Of a stretch of DNA of 64,000 bases, positions 1 through 12,876 are shown in pieces. The notes under the pieces are model-generated. The model was not told where the DNA came from. It was given only the letters and a program-made list of their open reading frames with translations, and searched no databases. Location of the stretch: contig NW_025767657.1 in NCBI RefSeq assembly GCF_003918875.1, forward strand, positions 1,488,001-1,552,000. The letters are read 5' to 3'. Position numbers and translations under genes: made by a program. This DNA comes from Haliotis rubra (Eukaryota). How positions within the stretch are numbered: position 1 is the stretch's first letter; each line of letters begins with the position of its first letter.

Positions 1-239
1 TCGCACATGTTGAATTCCTTAGACACGTCATCAGGTTGATTTTAGTGAGTGTGTCCATATGCAGGATTATCACTTAAATCATGCTGAGGGAAATGAAACT
101 ATAATGAATATAATGAAACAAGAACAACAGTAAATGAAACTCATTACTGTGATGGAAATAATTTTCCATTAGAGACCTGGAAGTATTTACCAAAAAGTAT
201 ATACTGTTTCTGTAAAGTTATAAACACCAAGCAGAAAAA

Positions 240-480
240 CTAGTGAAAGGGGTGGTATTTCCTAATGAGATCTGTCATGAGGGAAAACATGCACTCATTC
301 TTGTTGTTCCAACGGAACATAAGTTCATCAAGATGCGCACCAAGCTGCCCTTTGGATACACCATGCATGGATTTAAACTTTGATTTGGCGTTACCCCAAA
401 ACCCTTCAATGGTATTGGTGTGAGCCCCAGTATGAGGATCTACATAATTGTTTTTGTGGCAAACTTTTGTGGAATAAATT
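240..480 (-). mobile_element. Merlin/IS1595 (ISXO2-like) transposase C-terminal fragment
   Basis: Translation VCHKNNYVDPHTGAHTNTIEGFWGNAKSKFKSMHGV...LGAHLDELMFR matches the VNH..FVDP.TG.HTNTIE..W...K...YLDEF.WR motif of ISXO2/Merlin transposases; the N-terminal DD part is absent. Confidence 0.8.
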
Positions 481-859
481 CCTGAAGATAAGATGGAACT
501 GACCAACCAGTAAAGTCTCCCAACAAAGGTAAGACCATCAAGTCTGCTGATCACCAGAATGTCAAATCCATTATGTCTAATTACTGCAAACTTGTATCTG
601 TTATAACGGCTTCCAAACATTTCATCAACTTTTCCAGGAAGGAAATGAAAAGTGAACTTGTCATATTCCAACTAAGAAATACTTGACCAGTTCTCACACA
701 GGTTTTCAGCAATACTATCTTCTGTGAAACTTCCTATTTGAGTTATATGTGACTGTTTCTTTTTGGACCACCAATGTACAAGCTGAATTACTCTTCCTTC
801 CTTAGCTGGTAGGTCTTTAGACACTGCTTTTAATTCATTCAGGATATGTTTGAAAAACA

Positions 860-1366
860 TTATCCTTGACACACACAGAAGCAGGCACCTAAGTCATCAT
901 AGTTCTCATGGAATCCAGAGACATATTTTGCAAGCAAGGATCTGACTGTAAGTTCAATGCATGACCTGGGTGGGTATCTAAATGTCTGATGTATAAAAAA
1001 ATTCAAGTTCAGACTATTCATGTAAAAGACAGCATTCAAAACATTTCTTCTGTATCTTTTCCCATTGATGGTTCGTTTCTGTCTCTGTGTATATTTAAAA
1101 TAGCACAGCACATCAACTGAATGTTCTGGGAAAAGTGGTCTGAAACCTGTGTCATAAAATCTGTAATTTGCTTCACCCTCTTGATAATCTTCAATGTAAT
1201 CACTTTTTTCTTGAGATGGCAGTCCACAAATTTTGCAAAATCTTTCTTTTTGACACACAATGGGATAACTTCGTTTGAGCCAAAATCCTTTAGGACACTG
1301 TAATAAACGTTTTTCACAATATTTCGTCACGCAACACGGAATTCGTCCATTTCCCATTATTTTCAT
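860..1366 (-). CDS. Hypothetical Cys-rich ORF (~168 aa), probably of mobile-element or viral origin
   Basis: Open frame with ATG at 1366; its TAA overlaps the next ATG (TAATG at 862-858); no recognisable domain. Confidence 0.25.
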   Translation of the reverse strand: MKIMGNGRIPCCVTKYCEKRLLQCPKGFWLKRSYPIVCQKERFCKICGLPSQEKSDYIEDYQEGEANYRFYDTGFRPLFPEHSVDVLCYFKYTQRQKRTINGKRYRRNVLNAVFYMNSLNLNFFIHQTFRYPPRSCIELTVRSLLAKYVSGFHENYDDLGACFCVCQG

Positions 1367-1879
1367 CTTCAAAACGAGTGATAACTTCGTAGTAAAAATC
1401 TACGGGAACAGTAGTATGCAAATTAGGCTTACCTTTGACCTGACCCACGAAGGTCGATTATTTGAGCCAATAGAACGTCGCCTGGCTCACAGCTTCTCCA
1501 ATGACACGACGGGGGCTTGTCTTATTAATAGTCATGAGGTCCGAATCTGACAAGTTTCGCGGGGTTTCAACCCTGACTTTTGATTGTGTTTTCATCTTAA
1601 AACATTTCCATCAGTCGTTTATTTCAAGAAATACACAACGTTTTGAATTTATATTCTTAGCAATACCTGATTATACTTGTTTAATAATACATAGCTGCTT
1701 TATTTTCGAATGTGGGCCCACTTCCTTGTATCGGAAAACAAACTTAGAGTTACTTCCCTTTACGTTGCCTCCATCCACCGATAATAATGATTGGTGAGGC
1801 CATGGCAAGACATTGACGTTAGAATTGGCAAGTTAGCGGACGATGATGCGTGCTGTATGTGAAGTATCGTTTTTCAGGC

Positions 1880-4600
1880 TGGAACAACTCCCTCTGTCGG
1901 TTCATAATCGGAAGCATGTGATGTGCAGAGTTCGTTGATGTACCGAGTTGCTGTATTTGTCCTTTTACCATTCATCAGCAAGGAAGCGAAGAAACGAGGT
2001 CTTCAATGAGGGTGATCTTACTGCCTGACTGAAATCTTTCGGTCTTGTCCAAAAAGGGCCAGATATGGTTGTGTTGAATTCACATTTCCCACGAAGACTT
2101 CTCTCACTATCCTTGATAGATTGATATTTGTACGTATCACACACACAGTCCACACGTTTGCCCATCTGACATAGTCTCCCAAGAATAGTGAATGCAACAT
2201 CTCCATATGTGGATGGCAAATGTGTTCGTGACTGTATGAAATGCATACCATCAAGGACACATGCATCGGGAGTGACTGTTTCCAGACTGTGGTCAATCTT
2301 TTTTCATGACAGGACACATGGTCCCTAGTATGGTGATCTACCTTCTGTTGTTGGCGATCTATAGCCTGTTTTTATATTGTATTGTCCCTACAGTTCTATT
2401 TGTTTTAAACTTTCCACGCTAGTTTTAATTCTAATAGTGATATTCTAGTTGTTTTACTGTCCTTCGTCGACAGGTTTTTATATTATACATATATTCCCCT
2501 TCAATATCAAATATGTTCTCGTCACGATTTGGCTGAAATATTGCCGATGTGACGTTAAATAATAACTCACTCACTCACTCATGACAGGACAAGAGTTTTG
2601 ATTTGTCAGTTTTGTTCAGGGAACCATCAATGTGTCCTTGGCAGAGAGGCACGGGGGTGAGTGGATATTTCAGTACTTCCTCAAGATCTAATCTTTGATT
2701 TATAGGCACCAAAACACCCATCTTTGAACTGCTCATAACATTCCTGTCTCCCTGACAGAGATTATGTCATAGGTTACGTCTTCAGGAACAAGATTACCTG
2801 AACTGATGCAAAACAGTTGTGATTTGTCACAGTTGTCCCCAAATGGATTGAAACTATTTTCAATGGCCTGTTCAAGCTTTGCAACATCCTCCTGATCCTC
2901 ATGTTCGCACTGATCGTGTCACCATCCAACGACTAAGAGCAGATATAGAGCGGGCGAATGCTCCTATTCCTGTCTTACGAGAGGCAGCATCAACATTAAT
3001 TGTTTGTTCAAGTGCCATATCAACTGGAAACGGATTGGGTAGATATCTTGATTGCAAGTCCTCCTTTCTCGAGCATTTGTCTTCCCCCGGGATGTGTAAT
3101 GTCAGTGTTCCCCAGTTTCAGGTAGTACAGAGTCATCCAGCGTGACTAGTTTGGACTATTCATTGCAAAGAAGATTGGACACATCTGCACAAAGAGATCC
3201 AGATCACATGTTCTGTATGCGCCGCTGAATATGAGATAGAGATTGATCAGATCAATATAAATCATCCAAAATTGTCAAGTTGCCATGTTGAGCATTTCTT
3301 GTGTCACTTGAATATGCTGCATATGCCTGTGTGATTCTCTGGAGATCCTTATTCTCAAATGCACAGATTCTGGTGTTGGGTTTCCTCCAAGTTCCCATAT
3401 GCGATTTTTCAACTCATCAGTGATGTATTCAGGGTATTTGTCACAGAAGGATCTGAAGTGTATTTTCCAGAAGGCAAGTGACAGTATCAGATGAATCATT
3501 TTGCACCTATTGTAATGTTTGCCTGAAAGGAACCCATTCAGTGAACCACCAGCAAGTATACCAGTTTCAGCCAAGAGATATGGCCCGCCTGAGGCGTCGA
3601 GGAGGTATCCTAGACATGCAAAGTAGGCTAGGCTTATGTGGAAGCTACCAAAGCATATGAAGAGGTGGTCATAGACAAGAGCTTCCTGTGCTTTTCTGAG
3701 CCAGTTTCGCAACAGCAAGGTCATAGGTTACCAGGCTGACTTCTTCACCGCATTCCCTTGCTACATCTTGGGACACTTTATGGTTTTGGCGACAACATTC
3801 AGTTGTGTAGGTGGTTGTGTCAAGAGTTTTCATGTAACCTAACAAGGCTGCAGTTACTCTGCCATTCCAACCAATCCAAGGTGGTGTTTGTTGATTCCAA
3901 GAAAAACCCATCATCCATAACAAGTCCACCTGTAGGTATTTTGCATAGTTATCTGGCACCACATCCTCTGCTACTTGTTATTCAAAAGTCTGTATTTTAG
4001 GCTTCGTCCTGTAAGGTGTAATGTCATACTTCCTACCTTGAAATGATCTCTTTCCTTTGCCTGGTTTTAGGGAACCGTTTGGTTCGGAAGCTTCAGATCC
4101 AGTGGGCATAAATGGAATATCTTGGTAACATATACCAAATGTGTCATGTAAAGTTCCAGCTCCTGATAGGGTTTCAGTATTCTCATCATAATTGTCCCAG
4201 GCTGTTCCAGTATGTAGACCACATTGTTTCAGAAGATCGTCTGGAACAGAGGAGTCAGACCGTTGAATTGTCTTTGCCAGTCGTCTGTTGTAAATTTTCT
4301 ATAGCAAGTCGTATGATAACCATGTGTGAATCATCGATGGCATCAAATTTCGCAAGTATGTACACACTTATTTACTTTGACGAAGAGTTTTTTTCAAGTC
4401 TGTTTTTGGCAACTCCCTGTATAGTCTGCCAGGTTTCACTGTCAAAATGTATCACAGGCTGCTGGAAGTCTGTGTACACATGTAGAATGCATCTCATGGT
4501 GAGATTACTTATTGCTGAATATTCCATTGATGTAAGAATGCAGCACCTTAAACAGAAAAAGGGTTTATGATTACGAGTTTCATACAACAGAAGATAATCA
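1880..4600 (-). mobile_element. Degraded Academ (AcademX-like) DNA transposon transposase pseudogene
   Basis: Frameshifted fragments in the expected order: AWDNYDENTETLSGAGTLHDTFGICYQ (~4200-4130), VTYDLAVAKLA, FGSFH...GFLSGKHYNR, PVDMALEQTIN (~3030), then XPG/PIN-like RVDCVCDTY..SIKDSER...FLRFLADEW; family assignment is from motif recognition. Confidence 0.65.
2317..2579 (+). mobile_element. 5'-truncated 3' end of I/Nimb-type LINE (family L), inserted in the Academ relic
   Basis: Begins CATGGTCCCTAG, ends GCTGAAATATTGCCGATGTGACGTTAAA..(CACT)n; 12-bp TSD CATGACAGGACA at 2305-2316 and 2580-2591. Confidence 0.85.
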
Positions 4601-5399
4601 TGGATTAACTAATCATAGTTTAATTAATGATTAAATGGTTATTAAGGTTTGAAATAACCGGATCCAGATTATTAATTTTATGACAGATTTACATGACATT
4701 TACAAACCTTATGTGTTCCTCATGTCGTGCATCCCTTCGGCTATACAGAGCCAACTGCAATACATCCATATTATTTTGAGGTCATTATCATTCACTGGAT
4801 CTGTGGTAAAAAAGCATAATTCATTTATGCAAAGAATTTGCCACCAACTTGAAAGCATAAGACCAAAATTAAAAACCAAAACATTTGACCAGCAGACGCA
4901 TATAGAAAATACAGAAATAGAATTACTCGTTAGGAAAATAGTATCTGATAAAGTTTGGCAAGGTCAGGGTTTGATTCAGTAGCATATCCGTTCATTTACT
5001 TTTTTTGACCTGTCATTTATACATTATTTCACTCCAGAACATTTAGTTATGTAAAAAGAAAAGTAATACTTACATAATAACCACAGAAACATCGAATAAA
5101 AAGCTTCAAAATCATTGCACAACAACAGCCTGTGACATGTTTCCATAGTAAAAATTTCCGCCAATACAATATGTACCAGACAACTATTTATAGGTATTTC
5201 AGTTATTTTATGACCAGCAGGTGTTGAACCTAAACTAACTAAACGATTTCTTCAAGGAAACAAATGTTAAAATCTTTTGTTTACTGGAAAGAAAAAACAA
5301 CAAATGTTTACATCCCTTAACTGGAACATGTGATCCAACATTATGGGTTATCTTATCCATTGTGTACTTTGCAGGCTTCAGTTGTTAACGCGTTCATCT

Positions 5400-5523
5400 A
5401 AGCCCTTGTGCTGTTATTGTGTCTGGCTTCCAGCCCTTGTGCTGTTATTGTTTCTGGCTTCCAGCCCTTGTGTTGTTATTGTGTCTGGCTTCCAGCCCTT
5501 GTGTTGTTATTGTGTCTGACTTC
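5400..5523. repeat. 31-bp minisatellite, ~4 copies
   Basis: Unit AGCCCTTGTG(C/T)TGTTATTGTGTCTGGCTTCC repeated in tandem. Confidence 0.9.
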
Positions 5524-5713
5524 CTAATCCCCATTGCACTGTACAAACATTTGCTCTAACTTGTATATATATGCTCCTTCATCCTTATGCTGTTCATCAC
5601 TTGCTTGATAACGTGATCACTTGGGCGAGCGGACGTATTCACATTAGCTCTCGTCTTCACCTAAGTTATAACTTCATCTGAACTCTTTTAAATCCATTTA
5701 AGACGAGAAGCGG

Positions 5714-6860
5714 ATGTACACGACCCCGTGTCTTAAACCATGCCAAGATATCGCCCAAGCAAGAAGAAAAAGTCCAAAATCTTCATCCACATCGTCCGAC
5801 TTGGATAGCTCGGCTCTCTTGTCAACAACAAACATGGAGTCGTCCACCCCACCCCAAAAGTCTGCAGACACGGGCAGTGTGATAAGAGCATCACTGGACA
5901 ATGTAAGGTCTGTTTCTTCTACCCCACCCGCTCAAAATCATAACGCTATTTCCTCCGCGGCACCACAAAACATTGTGCAACAAAATGTGACCGCCATGCC
6001 AACGCAAGCCGCCCTACACCCGCATGTGGCGAGCGGAGGCTACCTAACGGTGGGCTTCATGCAGTCGCCGTCGCTTACACCGCAGGTCCCCTCTCCAAAT
6101 GATGTTATACTTGAAAAACTAGCAAATATTGAAAATAATATGTCGCGACTCAATATTATTGAAAACGATATCCATGGTATCAAGACAAATGTTGCAAGAC
6201 TTGAACTTAAAGTCCATGCTCTAGACGAGTTGCAGAACGATGTAAGGGGTTTAGAAGATAGCACCAAGTACATAAGCGATACATTCGACGAATGGAGGGT
6301 TGACATTGAACATGTGAAGAGCGACATTGCTGTGTTAAATGAAAAGACAGGTGCATTAGATGATCTCAAATTACAAAATTTCAGACTGAAAGAATCTCTG
6401 ATCGATCAACGATGCAGATCGATGCGCGATAACTTGATCTTTACCAATATCGAGGAAAGTTCATCCACGGTACGAGGTCAGAATGACCAACACTTTGAGA
6501 TCGAGGACACCGAAAAAGTTCTGACAGACTTTATTGAAAAGCAATTGAAATTTGTCAGTGAGAACTTACAGTTCAAGCGAGTCCACATGATTGGTCAGAG
6601 ACGTGCTCCCCGGTACACAGGTGAAAAAAATAAACCTCGACCGATTATTGCCAAATTCCTCGTTACAAAAGAGAGAGACGCCATCAAGCGATGCCGTAAA
6701 ATGCTAGCTGGTAAACCCTATGGGATAGTAGAACAGTTTCCCGCGGAAGTATCTGAATACAGAAGAAATGTCCTTATGCCCCCAATGAAAGTCGCATGAG
6801 CTGAGAAAAAGGGAGCGCAACTCGTTGTAGATGAGCTCTATGTCGAAAATCGCCTCCAGT
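5714..6860 (+). mobile_element. LINE ORF1 (coiled-coil plus L1-type RRM/CTD, Transposase_22-like) with a premature stop
   Basis: Heptad coiled coil followed by RSMRDNLIFTNIEE, FKRVHMIG, KPRPIIAKF and GIVEQFP; after the stop at 6797-6799 the frame continues LVVDELYVEN, the typical C-terminal motif. Confidence 0.75.
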
Positions 6861-6902
6861 CTGTGCCTGGGGAGCAGGGATGCTGAAACTTATTCTTACA
6901 AC

Positions 6903-7968
6903 ATGGCTTTACCTGCGCACTCTGGTTCGTCGAAAACTAACAAACGCCAACATGTGGATTCTCTTTCCTCTGATGAAGATATCTCATCACAAGTTCCAAC
7001 TTCTTGGCCAAGATTCATAGTTATTTCATCTGCTGAAGGCAATCCCCTAAAACTGAATCCCTTTGCAGTATCTAAGGGAATCCAAAGTTTCTGCGGGGAA
7101 GTGAAAAACGTCACCCATCTTGTCAATCCTGGTAGAATGTGATCGGAGAATGTGATTGGTAGAATGTGATTGTCCACTTAATTCTTGCAAAGGCATTGTG
7201 AGAGATCGTGCTCGCTGTTTGTCAGACATGACAGAGGAGGACATAGCAGCTGAACTGACATCTCAAGGTGTAACCGCTGTAAAGCGCTTTACCAGAAAAA
7301 CAGTTAGCTGGAAATATTGTGAACACTCACACTGATCTTTTCACCATTTCCTCATCAAAAGTTCCCACATCAATAAAAGCTGGTTACTTTAACATCGGAG
7401 TGGAGGTCTATGTCCCGAATCCGCTCCGATGTTACAAGTGTCAACGATTTGGCCATGGAACCAAATTTTGCAATGGTATGACAAGATGCTTCCGTTGCAG
7501 TAGAACTCATGAGGATTCTGAATGCACGGATGAGATTAAATGTGCCAACTGTGATGGTCAGCACTTGTCTTCGTCCAAAACCTGTCCAGTATTTGAGCGC
7601 GAAACGAAAATATTAAAGCTTAAATGTACCAACAACATCTCTTATACTGAAGCAAAAAAGTTACTTTCAGCTCAGTCTCCTCCTTCCACCAGAACTTATT
7701 CCGCTGCCGTGTCTTCCGCTCCACAAATCTATATGATCAGTTTCCGAAGCCATGTGTTATCATGGGTAACTTCAACGGACACAATCCGCTTTGGGGAAAT
7801 GTCGAAACTAACAATAAAGGTAAAATCATTGAGGACTTGATTTCCGATAATGATTTATGTATTTTCAATGGTGATTCAGCCACTTATCTCCATCCAGCTA
7901 CGGGAACGTATTCTTCCCTGGATCTGTCTCTCGCCGACTCCATCTTGTATAATGAAGCTGGGGAGTAA
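6903..7968 (+). mobile_element. I/Nimb-clade LINE relic: gag-like ORF1 with three zinc knuckles plus an AP-endonuclease fragment
   Basis: VYVPNPLRCYKCQRFGH...CFRC..H...CANCDGQH....CP; then MGNFNGHNPLWG...KGKIIED...TYLHPATGTYSSLDLSLA; frameshifts and an internal deletion. Confidence 0.85.
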
Positions 7969-7971
7969 GCT

Positions 7972-8928
7972 TTGACAGCAACTCGGTACATCAAGGAAGT
8001 CTCTGCACGTCACATGTTTCCGATTATTGACCGACAGAGGGAGTTATATGCGGTGGTATGTAAATAATCAAATCTGGACCAGACGATCCAGTGATCAACA
8101 GCATGAGAATCGATCTACGCTATTGGGTAACATACTAGTATTTACGTCAAACAAACATGACTGAAAATGCACAAATCTTCACAGATTGATCAACGTTTTG
8201 TACATGATTTAACAAGATGGCTTGTACAGTACACACCCTCACTAACCCAATGACGCCTCGCTAGTTTCCTTTTTCAGCATCGACTTGGACTCGACAAAAA
8301 AATATCCCTACTGGAGAGTATTAAAACACGTCTTCATGGCGCAAGGTTGGTTCGTTGGATGGTTGTTTAAAATCCTACTCAGCAATATTTCCGCTATCCG
8401 GCGGCGGTCCGCAAACAACCGAGTCTGAACAAGGCAATCCAGTGACAGAGGGAGTTGTTCCAGCATGACAACGCTACTTCACATACAGCAGGCGTCACTG
8501 TCAGCTTACTTGCCAATTCTGACGTCAATGTCTTACCATGGCCTCACCGATCACCAGATCTGAACCCAATAAAACACCCATGGGATGAACTCCATCGAGG
8601 TGTACGTCAACGTCAAAACACGCCGGAGACACAACTTGCCATCACATTGCAGGATGAGTGGGGAAGAATTCGCAAGAGTGACTTCTTCGACTTATCCGGT
8701 CTCTGCCGAGACGCCGCCGTGCAGTAATTGCTGCCAGTGGTGGTCATACAGAGTACTTTGACGCCATCTTGTGGACTCAAATAAACAGAAACACAACAAG
8801 AAAGGCTGCTATTGTGTTGGCATACTTTTTGTCTATAGGCGTGTGAATTTTCACCTTTTTACATGAAATAATTTAACAATAACACAAATAATAGTTCTGA
8901 AAATTCGTTTCTTTCTTTGAAGAGTGTA
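7972..8928 (+). mobile_element. Tc1/mariner 3' half relic with right TIR, interrupted by an insertion at 8046-8443
   Basis: FQHDNA..H and WPHRSPDLNPIKHPWDEL; ends CGTTTCTTTCTTTGAAGAGTG-TA like the element at 34794; 13-bp duplication GACAGAGGGAGTT at 8033-8045 and 8444-8456. Confidence 0.8.
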
Positions 8929-9377
8929 CTAGCGTTACCCAGCACTCAGTACGAGGAGCGTGCTCTTCACGAGTGGCGATATGGCACAAAATACTTCCGA
9001 TGTAACTCATTGTTAGAGTGAGTTGGGTTTTACGCCGCTTTTAGCTGTATTCCAGCAATATCAGAAAGGGGCACACCAGAAATGGGCTTCTCATTGTTAG
9101 AAATGAATATGTAATGAGACAGTAAATCACATCCTGCATCCATAGTGCTATAAAGTATTTGTGACCATAATTTACAATTATAGTCACAAGACAAGGTATA
9201 CAAATATGAAATGAGCATTCCAAATTTTTCCTCAGGCACTTCTGCTCTGATGTTGTGACTTAAAGGCCATTCATACAAAAATAATGTTTTGAACATATCA
9301 ATATATTGTTATAGCAAGTACACTATTGTAATCACAAATGAAACTCAAACGGGTGGGTCAGTTGGACAGACGGTGGA

Positions 9378-9391
9378 GTCACTATGGAAAC
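9378..9391 (+). promoter_or_regulatory. Putative RFX X-box upstream of receptor copy A
   Basis: GTCACTATGGAAAC fits GTHNYYATRRNAAC 14/14; lies ~320 bp upstream of ATG 9713 in a block conserved among paralogs. Confidence 0.5.
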
Positions 9392-9712
9392 TAAAAGTTC
9401 CATGTGTACTGTCTACTCCCCGAAGATGGAAATTCAAGAAAAATCAATAGACATTAAGCATTCAACAAACACATGCATCAACTAATTGTCATTGTAAACA
9501 GCTACGCTGCACTTAAAGTTGTTTTCATACACAAAGCAAATAGGCAAACGATTCACCAAATCCGAGCATTTTTACCAAACATGGCATCAAGTTATATAGA
9601 CTTATATCACATACGTATATCACATGGTCATTGTTAGACAACAGTAGCGCGGTGGTGAAACGTTTTCTTCATTTTATGTTTACTGACAGTTCGCTTTGAA
9701 AAACAAAGAACA

Positions 9713-10873
9713 ATGTGCACCATATTTCTCAATATCTTCGTCCTGCTATATCCCGTTGGCGTGTTATGTGGGACAGAGTTGTCACCTCTGTACAAGTTAC
9801 ACAAAACAGTCCGAGAAGGCTATGATCCACACATTCGACCTATCAAAGATCCGAGAATGACCACCAATGTGACGGCGGACTTTGTGTTGTTTTCTGTAGA
9901 GGAGGTAAATGAAGCCAGTGAAACATTCACCTCGTTTGGGAAATTTAACATCACGTGGTACGATGAATGGCTCGTGTGGAACATTTCAAATCATGCCAAC
10001 ATTCGGAAAATTTACATGGATCTGCACAATATTTGGACGCCAGATCTGACGGTGTCAAACACCGTTGAGAATTACCGCATAATGTCAGATACAAAAGGAC
10101 TCGTGTCCGTGACTAACACAGGATTCATCACTTGGCAGCGGACGATGAGACAGACTACAAAATGCTCCATGGACATGAGCAAGTTTCCCATAGACAAACA
10201 GACATGTTCCCTTCGCCTCGATCAGTGGGTATCTGATAAGAATGAAATGATTTTACAAGGCGGATCAGTGAGGTCGAACTACAAATCGTTTCAAATTCAA
10301 GGAGAATGGATGGAAATTGAAAAGAGTATTGAAACAAAAACTATTTACCCGGGGGATATTACACGGAATGTGATTTTATTTACGTTTACCTTCCAGCGGA
10401 AGCCACTACACGTTGTGATCACCAGTGTCCTGCCTGTGTTCCTGCTGTCGGTTCTCAATCTTGGTGTGTTCCTTCTTCCTCCTGAATCGGGGGAGAAGAT
10501 CTCACTGTGTATCTCCGTATTCTTGTCCTACGCCCTCATCCTGACAGATATCAACGAAGATCTACCCCAATCACTTGCCTCCCTTGCTGTCTTCAGAGTG
10601 TATCTTCTCACAATGTTGTTGGTGAAGGTCATTACTATTTGGGCTACCATCATGGTCTTGAAAAGGTATCACACGGAGATTGGAGTCCTGCAACTGTCGT
10701 CTGCTTCATCCCAAGAAGGTGGTGAAGGCAAGAGTTCAGTGCTCGGTGAAAGTAAAGAACGATGTTACAAAAGGAAGTTGTCAGCAGATGCTCTGAATAG
10801 AGTTTGTTTTGCTGTCATCAGCTTGATAATGATCGTCACAACATCAATTTGTGTAGCGGTTTCACTGTTTTGA
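9713..10873 (+). CDS. Cys-loop ligand-gated ion channel, atypical nAChR-like subunit, copy A (386 aa, uninterrupted CDS)
   Basis: Signal peptide, YDPHIRP, WTPD, Cys loop CSMDMSKFPIDKQTC, M1, PPESGEKISL-M2, M3, short M3-M4 loop, M4; no vicinal Cys in loop C. Confidence 0.95.
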   Translation: MCTIFLNIFVLLYPVGVLCGTELSPLYKLHKTVREGYDPHIRPIKDPRMTTNVTADFVLFSVEEVNEASETFTSFGKFNITWYDEWLVWNISNHANIRKIYMDLHNIWTPDLTVSNTVENYRIMSDTKGLVSVTNTGFITWQRTMRQTTKCSMDMSKFPIDKQTCSLRLDQWVSDKNEMILQGGSVRSNYKSFQIQGEWMEIEKSIETKTIYPGDITRNVILFTFTFQRKPLHVVITSVLPVFLLSVLNLGVFLLPPESGEKISLCISVFLSYALILTDINEDLPQSLASLAVFRVYLLTMLLVKVITIWATIMVLKRYHTEIGVLQLSSASSQEGGEGKSSVLGESKERCYKRKLSADALNRVCFAVISLIMIVTTSICVAVSLF

Positions 10874-11405
10874 TATTTCACATGTGCATTGTGATATGCT
10901 GGCATTGTTTACATCACTCTACTGTTACACCAAGGACGGTGTCGGAACAGACACCAGGAATGGCATTCAGACATTTTACACCAGAATGTTGGAAACCCTT
11001 GTTTCCGAGTGGAGGCTTTAATTATTGAGTCCTCATACTTGCACAGAGCCATCTTAAGTAAAGGTACCTCAAACTTGAATCTAGCCATTTTTAAGTAAAT
11101 ATGTATCTCATGATATGGAGAGACGCCTACTGTATTAAAAATGTATATCAGTATTATTCGAAATAGATAGTGTTTAAATCATACCCCCGAGAGGGTATGT
11201 AAGTCCATGTCTCTCAAGGTAAGTTCGTATCTTAAGTATATTTGTTCTTTTAGGTGATGACTATCGCTTATCCTTATCGCTTATCACAAAGGAGATCTCT
11301 AAATGAGCAAGCATGACTCAGTTATCCACTGTAATGCATTAGAATTGCAGAGGACCTTTATAGATACAGGAATCTTCAAATGTCAGCATTATATCCCAAA
11401 AGGTA

Positions 11406-11630
11406 ACCGCCTCCATGGTGTAGTGGTTAGGGCGTCATACCAAAAGACGTTAAGATATGGTACTTGTTCGTCCCTGCCTGGCACTCGGCATTAATGGGAT
11501 ACAACAAGGACTGGTCAGCTCGGTGTCAGAATAATGTGTCTGAGGGGGGTATTCATGTTTAACTGTGGCACGGTATCTCAGCACGTCGTCATATGAGCGA
11601 AATATTCTTAAGTGCGACGTTAAATCCCAT
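11406..11630 (+). mobile_element. tRNA-derived SINE with V-domain-like body (internally deleted)
   Basis: A-box-like TGGTGTAGTGG; TCATACCAAAAGACGTTAAGATATGGTAC...CCCTGCCTGGCACTCGGCATTAA resembles the V-SINE domain; tail GAAATATTCTTAAGTGCGACGTTAAA. Confidence 0.6.
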
Positions 11631-12194
11631 TTCACATCTATCAAGTCTGTCTTCCACATGCACGAGGCTGTTGTATTTGGGCGTTTGAATCACACATGGT
11701 GCTTGTGTGTTTCAATACCCCTGTTTTTCGCTGTTTTTGACAATGTTTCACTTCACTCAAACTCAACGAATATTGAATCCGTTGCCTCAATGCATGTTTT
11801 TTAAGGTGTCGTTTAATTTTAGGGTGTTCCCATACTTTTTCTTTGTAGTCTAATTAGGTGAAATGCTGCGTTTTCAGAAGAGTTAAATTGTCCTATTTTC
11901 GACCATGCCGAAATAAACCAATGACAGTGATTTAGATTTCCTAAAGCAGGGTTGAAATATAACTCTGCTTTGAGACAAAGATAAACCATTTAAAGTCACC
12001 ATTTTTCAACCGTTAAACAAGAAACAACTGTTGTAAAGTGTCTAAAATTGTAAAAGAATCATTCCTGTGATATCAGTCTCTTAACACATTTTCTGCTGAT
12101 TTGCATTAGTAAAAACAAGTAAAACGTGTCTTTGATATTCGACAACATCATGTAGGGGAACCAATGAACCTTACACATGGCATCCATGTCATGT

Positions 12195-12300
12195 ACACGA
12201 CTTATTCAGCGCTACCGAGAGACTGGGGTCACCGTAGACAGACCAAGAAGTGGACATCCACGCATCACAACGCCAGCTGAAGATAGGTACCTCCGTCATT
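12195..12300 (+). mobile_element. Tc1/mariner transposase N-terminal fragment
   Basis: Translates RLIQRYRETGVTVDRPRSGHPRITTPAEDRYLRH, homologous to DRPRSGRPRITTPAQDR in the element at 35 kb. Confidence 0.75.
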
Positions 12301-12876
12301 AAGGAAGGAGGGTAACGTTTCTTTTGGCGTTTAGTGTATATTAAATTATGTTTCAACCAACTATGTACTACCACTCACTGGAACATATTCAGCCATATAT
12401 CTGGCACTCACTTATGTATAATGAATGGTCCATGATGACCAATGAGAGTGATCACACTCCCAACCATTCTCAAAACAGTCAATGACCCAACTTTATCAAC
12501 AAGGAATTTGATCTAGGTTCGTCAGGTCCTATTCAGTCGTTTTCGTATATATTTGGTGACATTGCTGAAAAAACAATTCCACGGCCCTCTACAACTCCAA
12601 ATAACCATGGCTTGATAATAAATGCTATTACGCCCGAGAGTGGCGAAAGAAAGGCGACAAGTATTTACGCCCACATCCTACAGTCGATAAACCAGTTACA
12701 GTTAAAATGTCAAGTGCCAAGCGTAGACGCACATTTTGCCGATAAGCGTCAGTCTTTGAGAAACTATGTTTCAAAACCAATTCTCCTACACAAATGTCAA
12801 AGCTGTGGAATATGATAAAAAAAAGATAACAGACAATAGTTCAAAGTGATTTTCATAGGGTAAGTCAACTTCAGTG

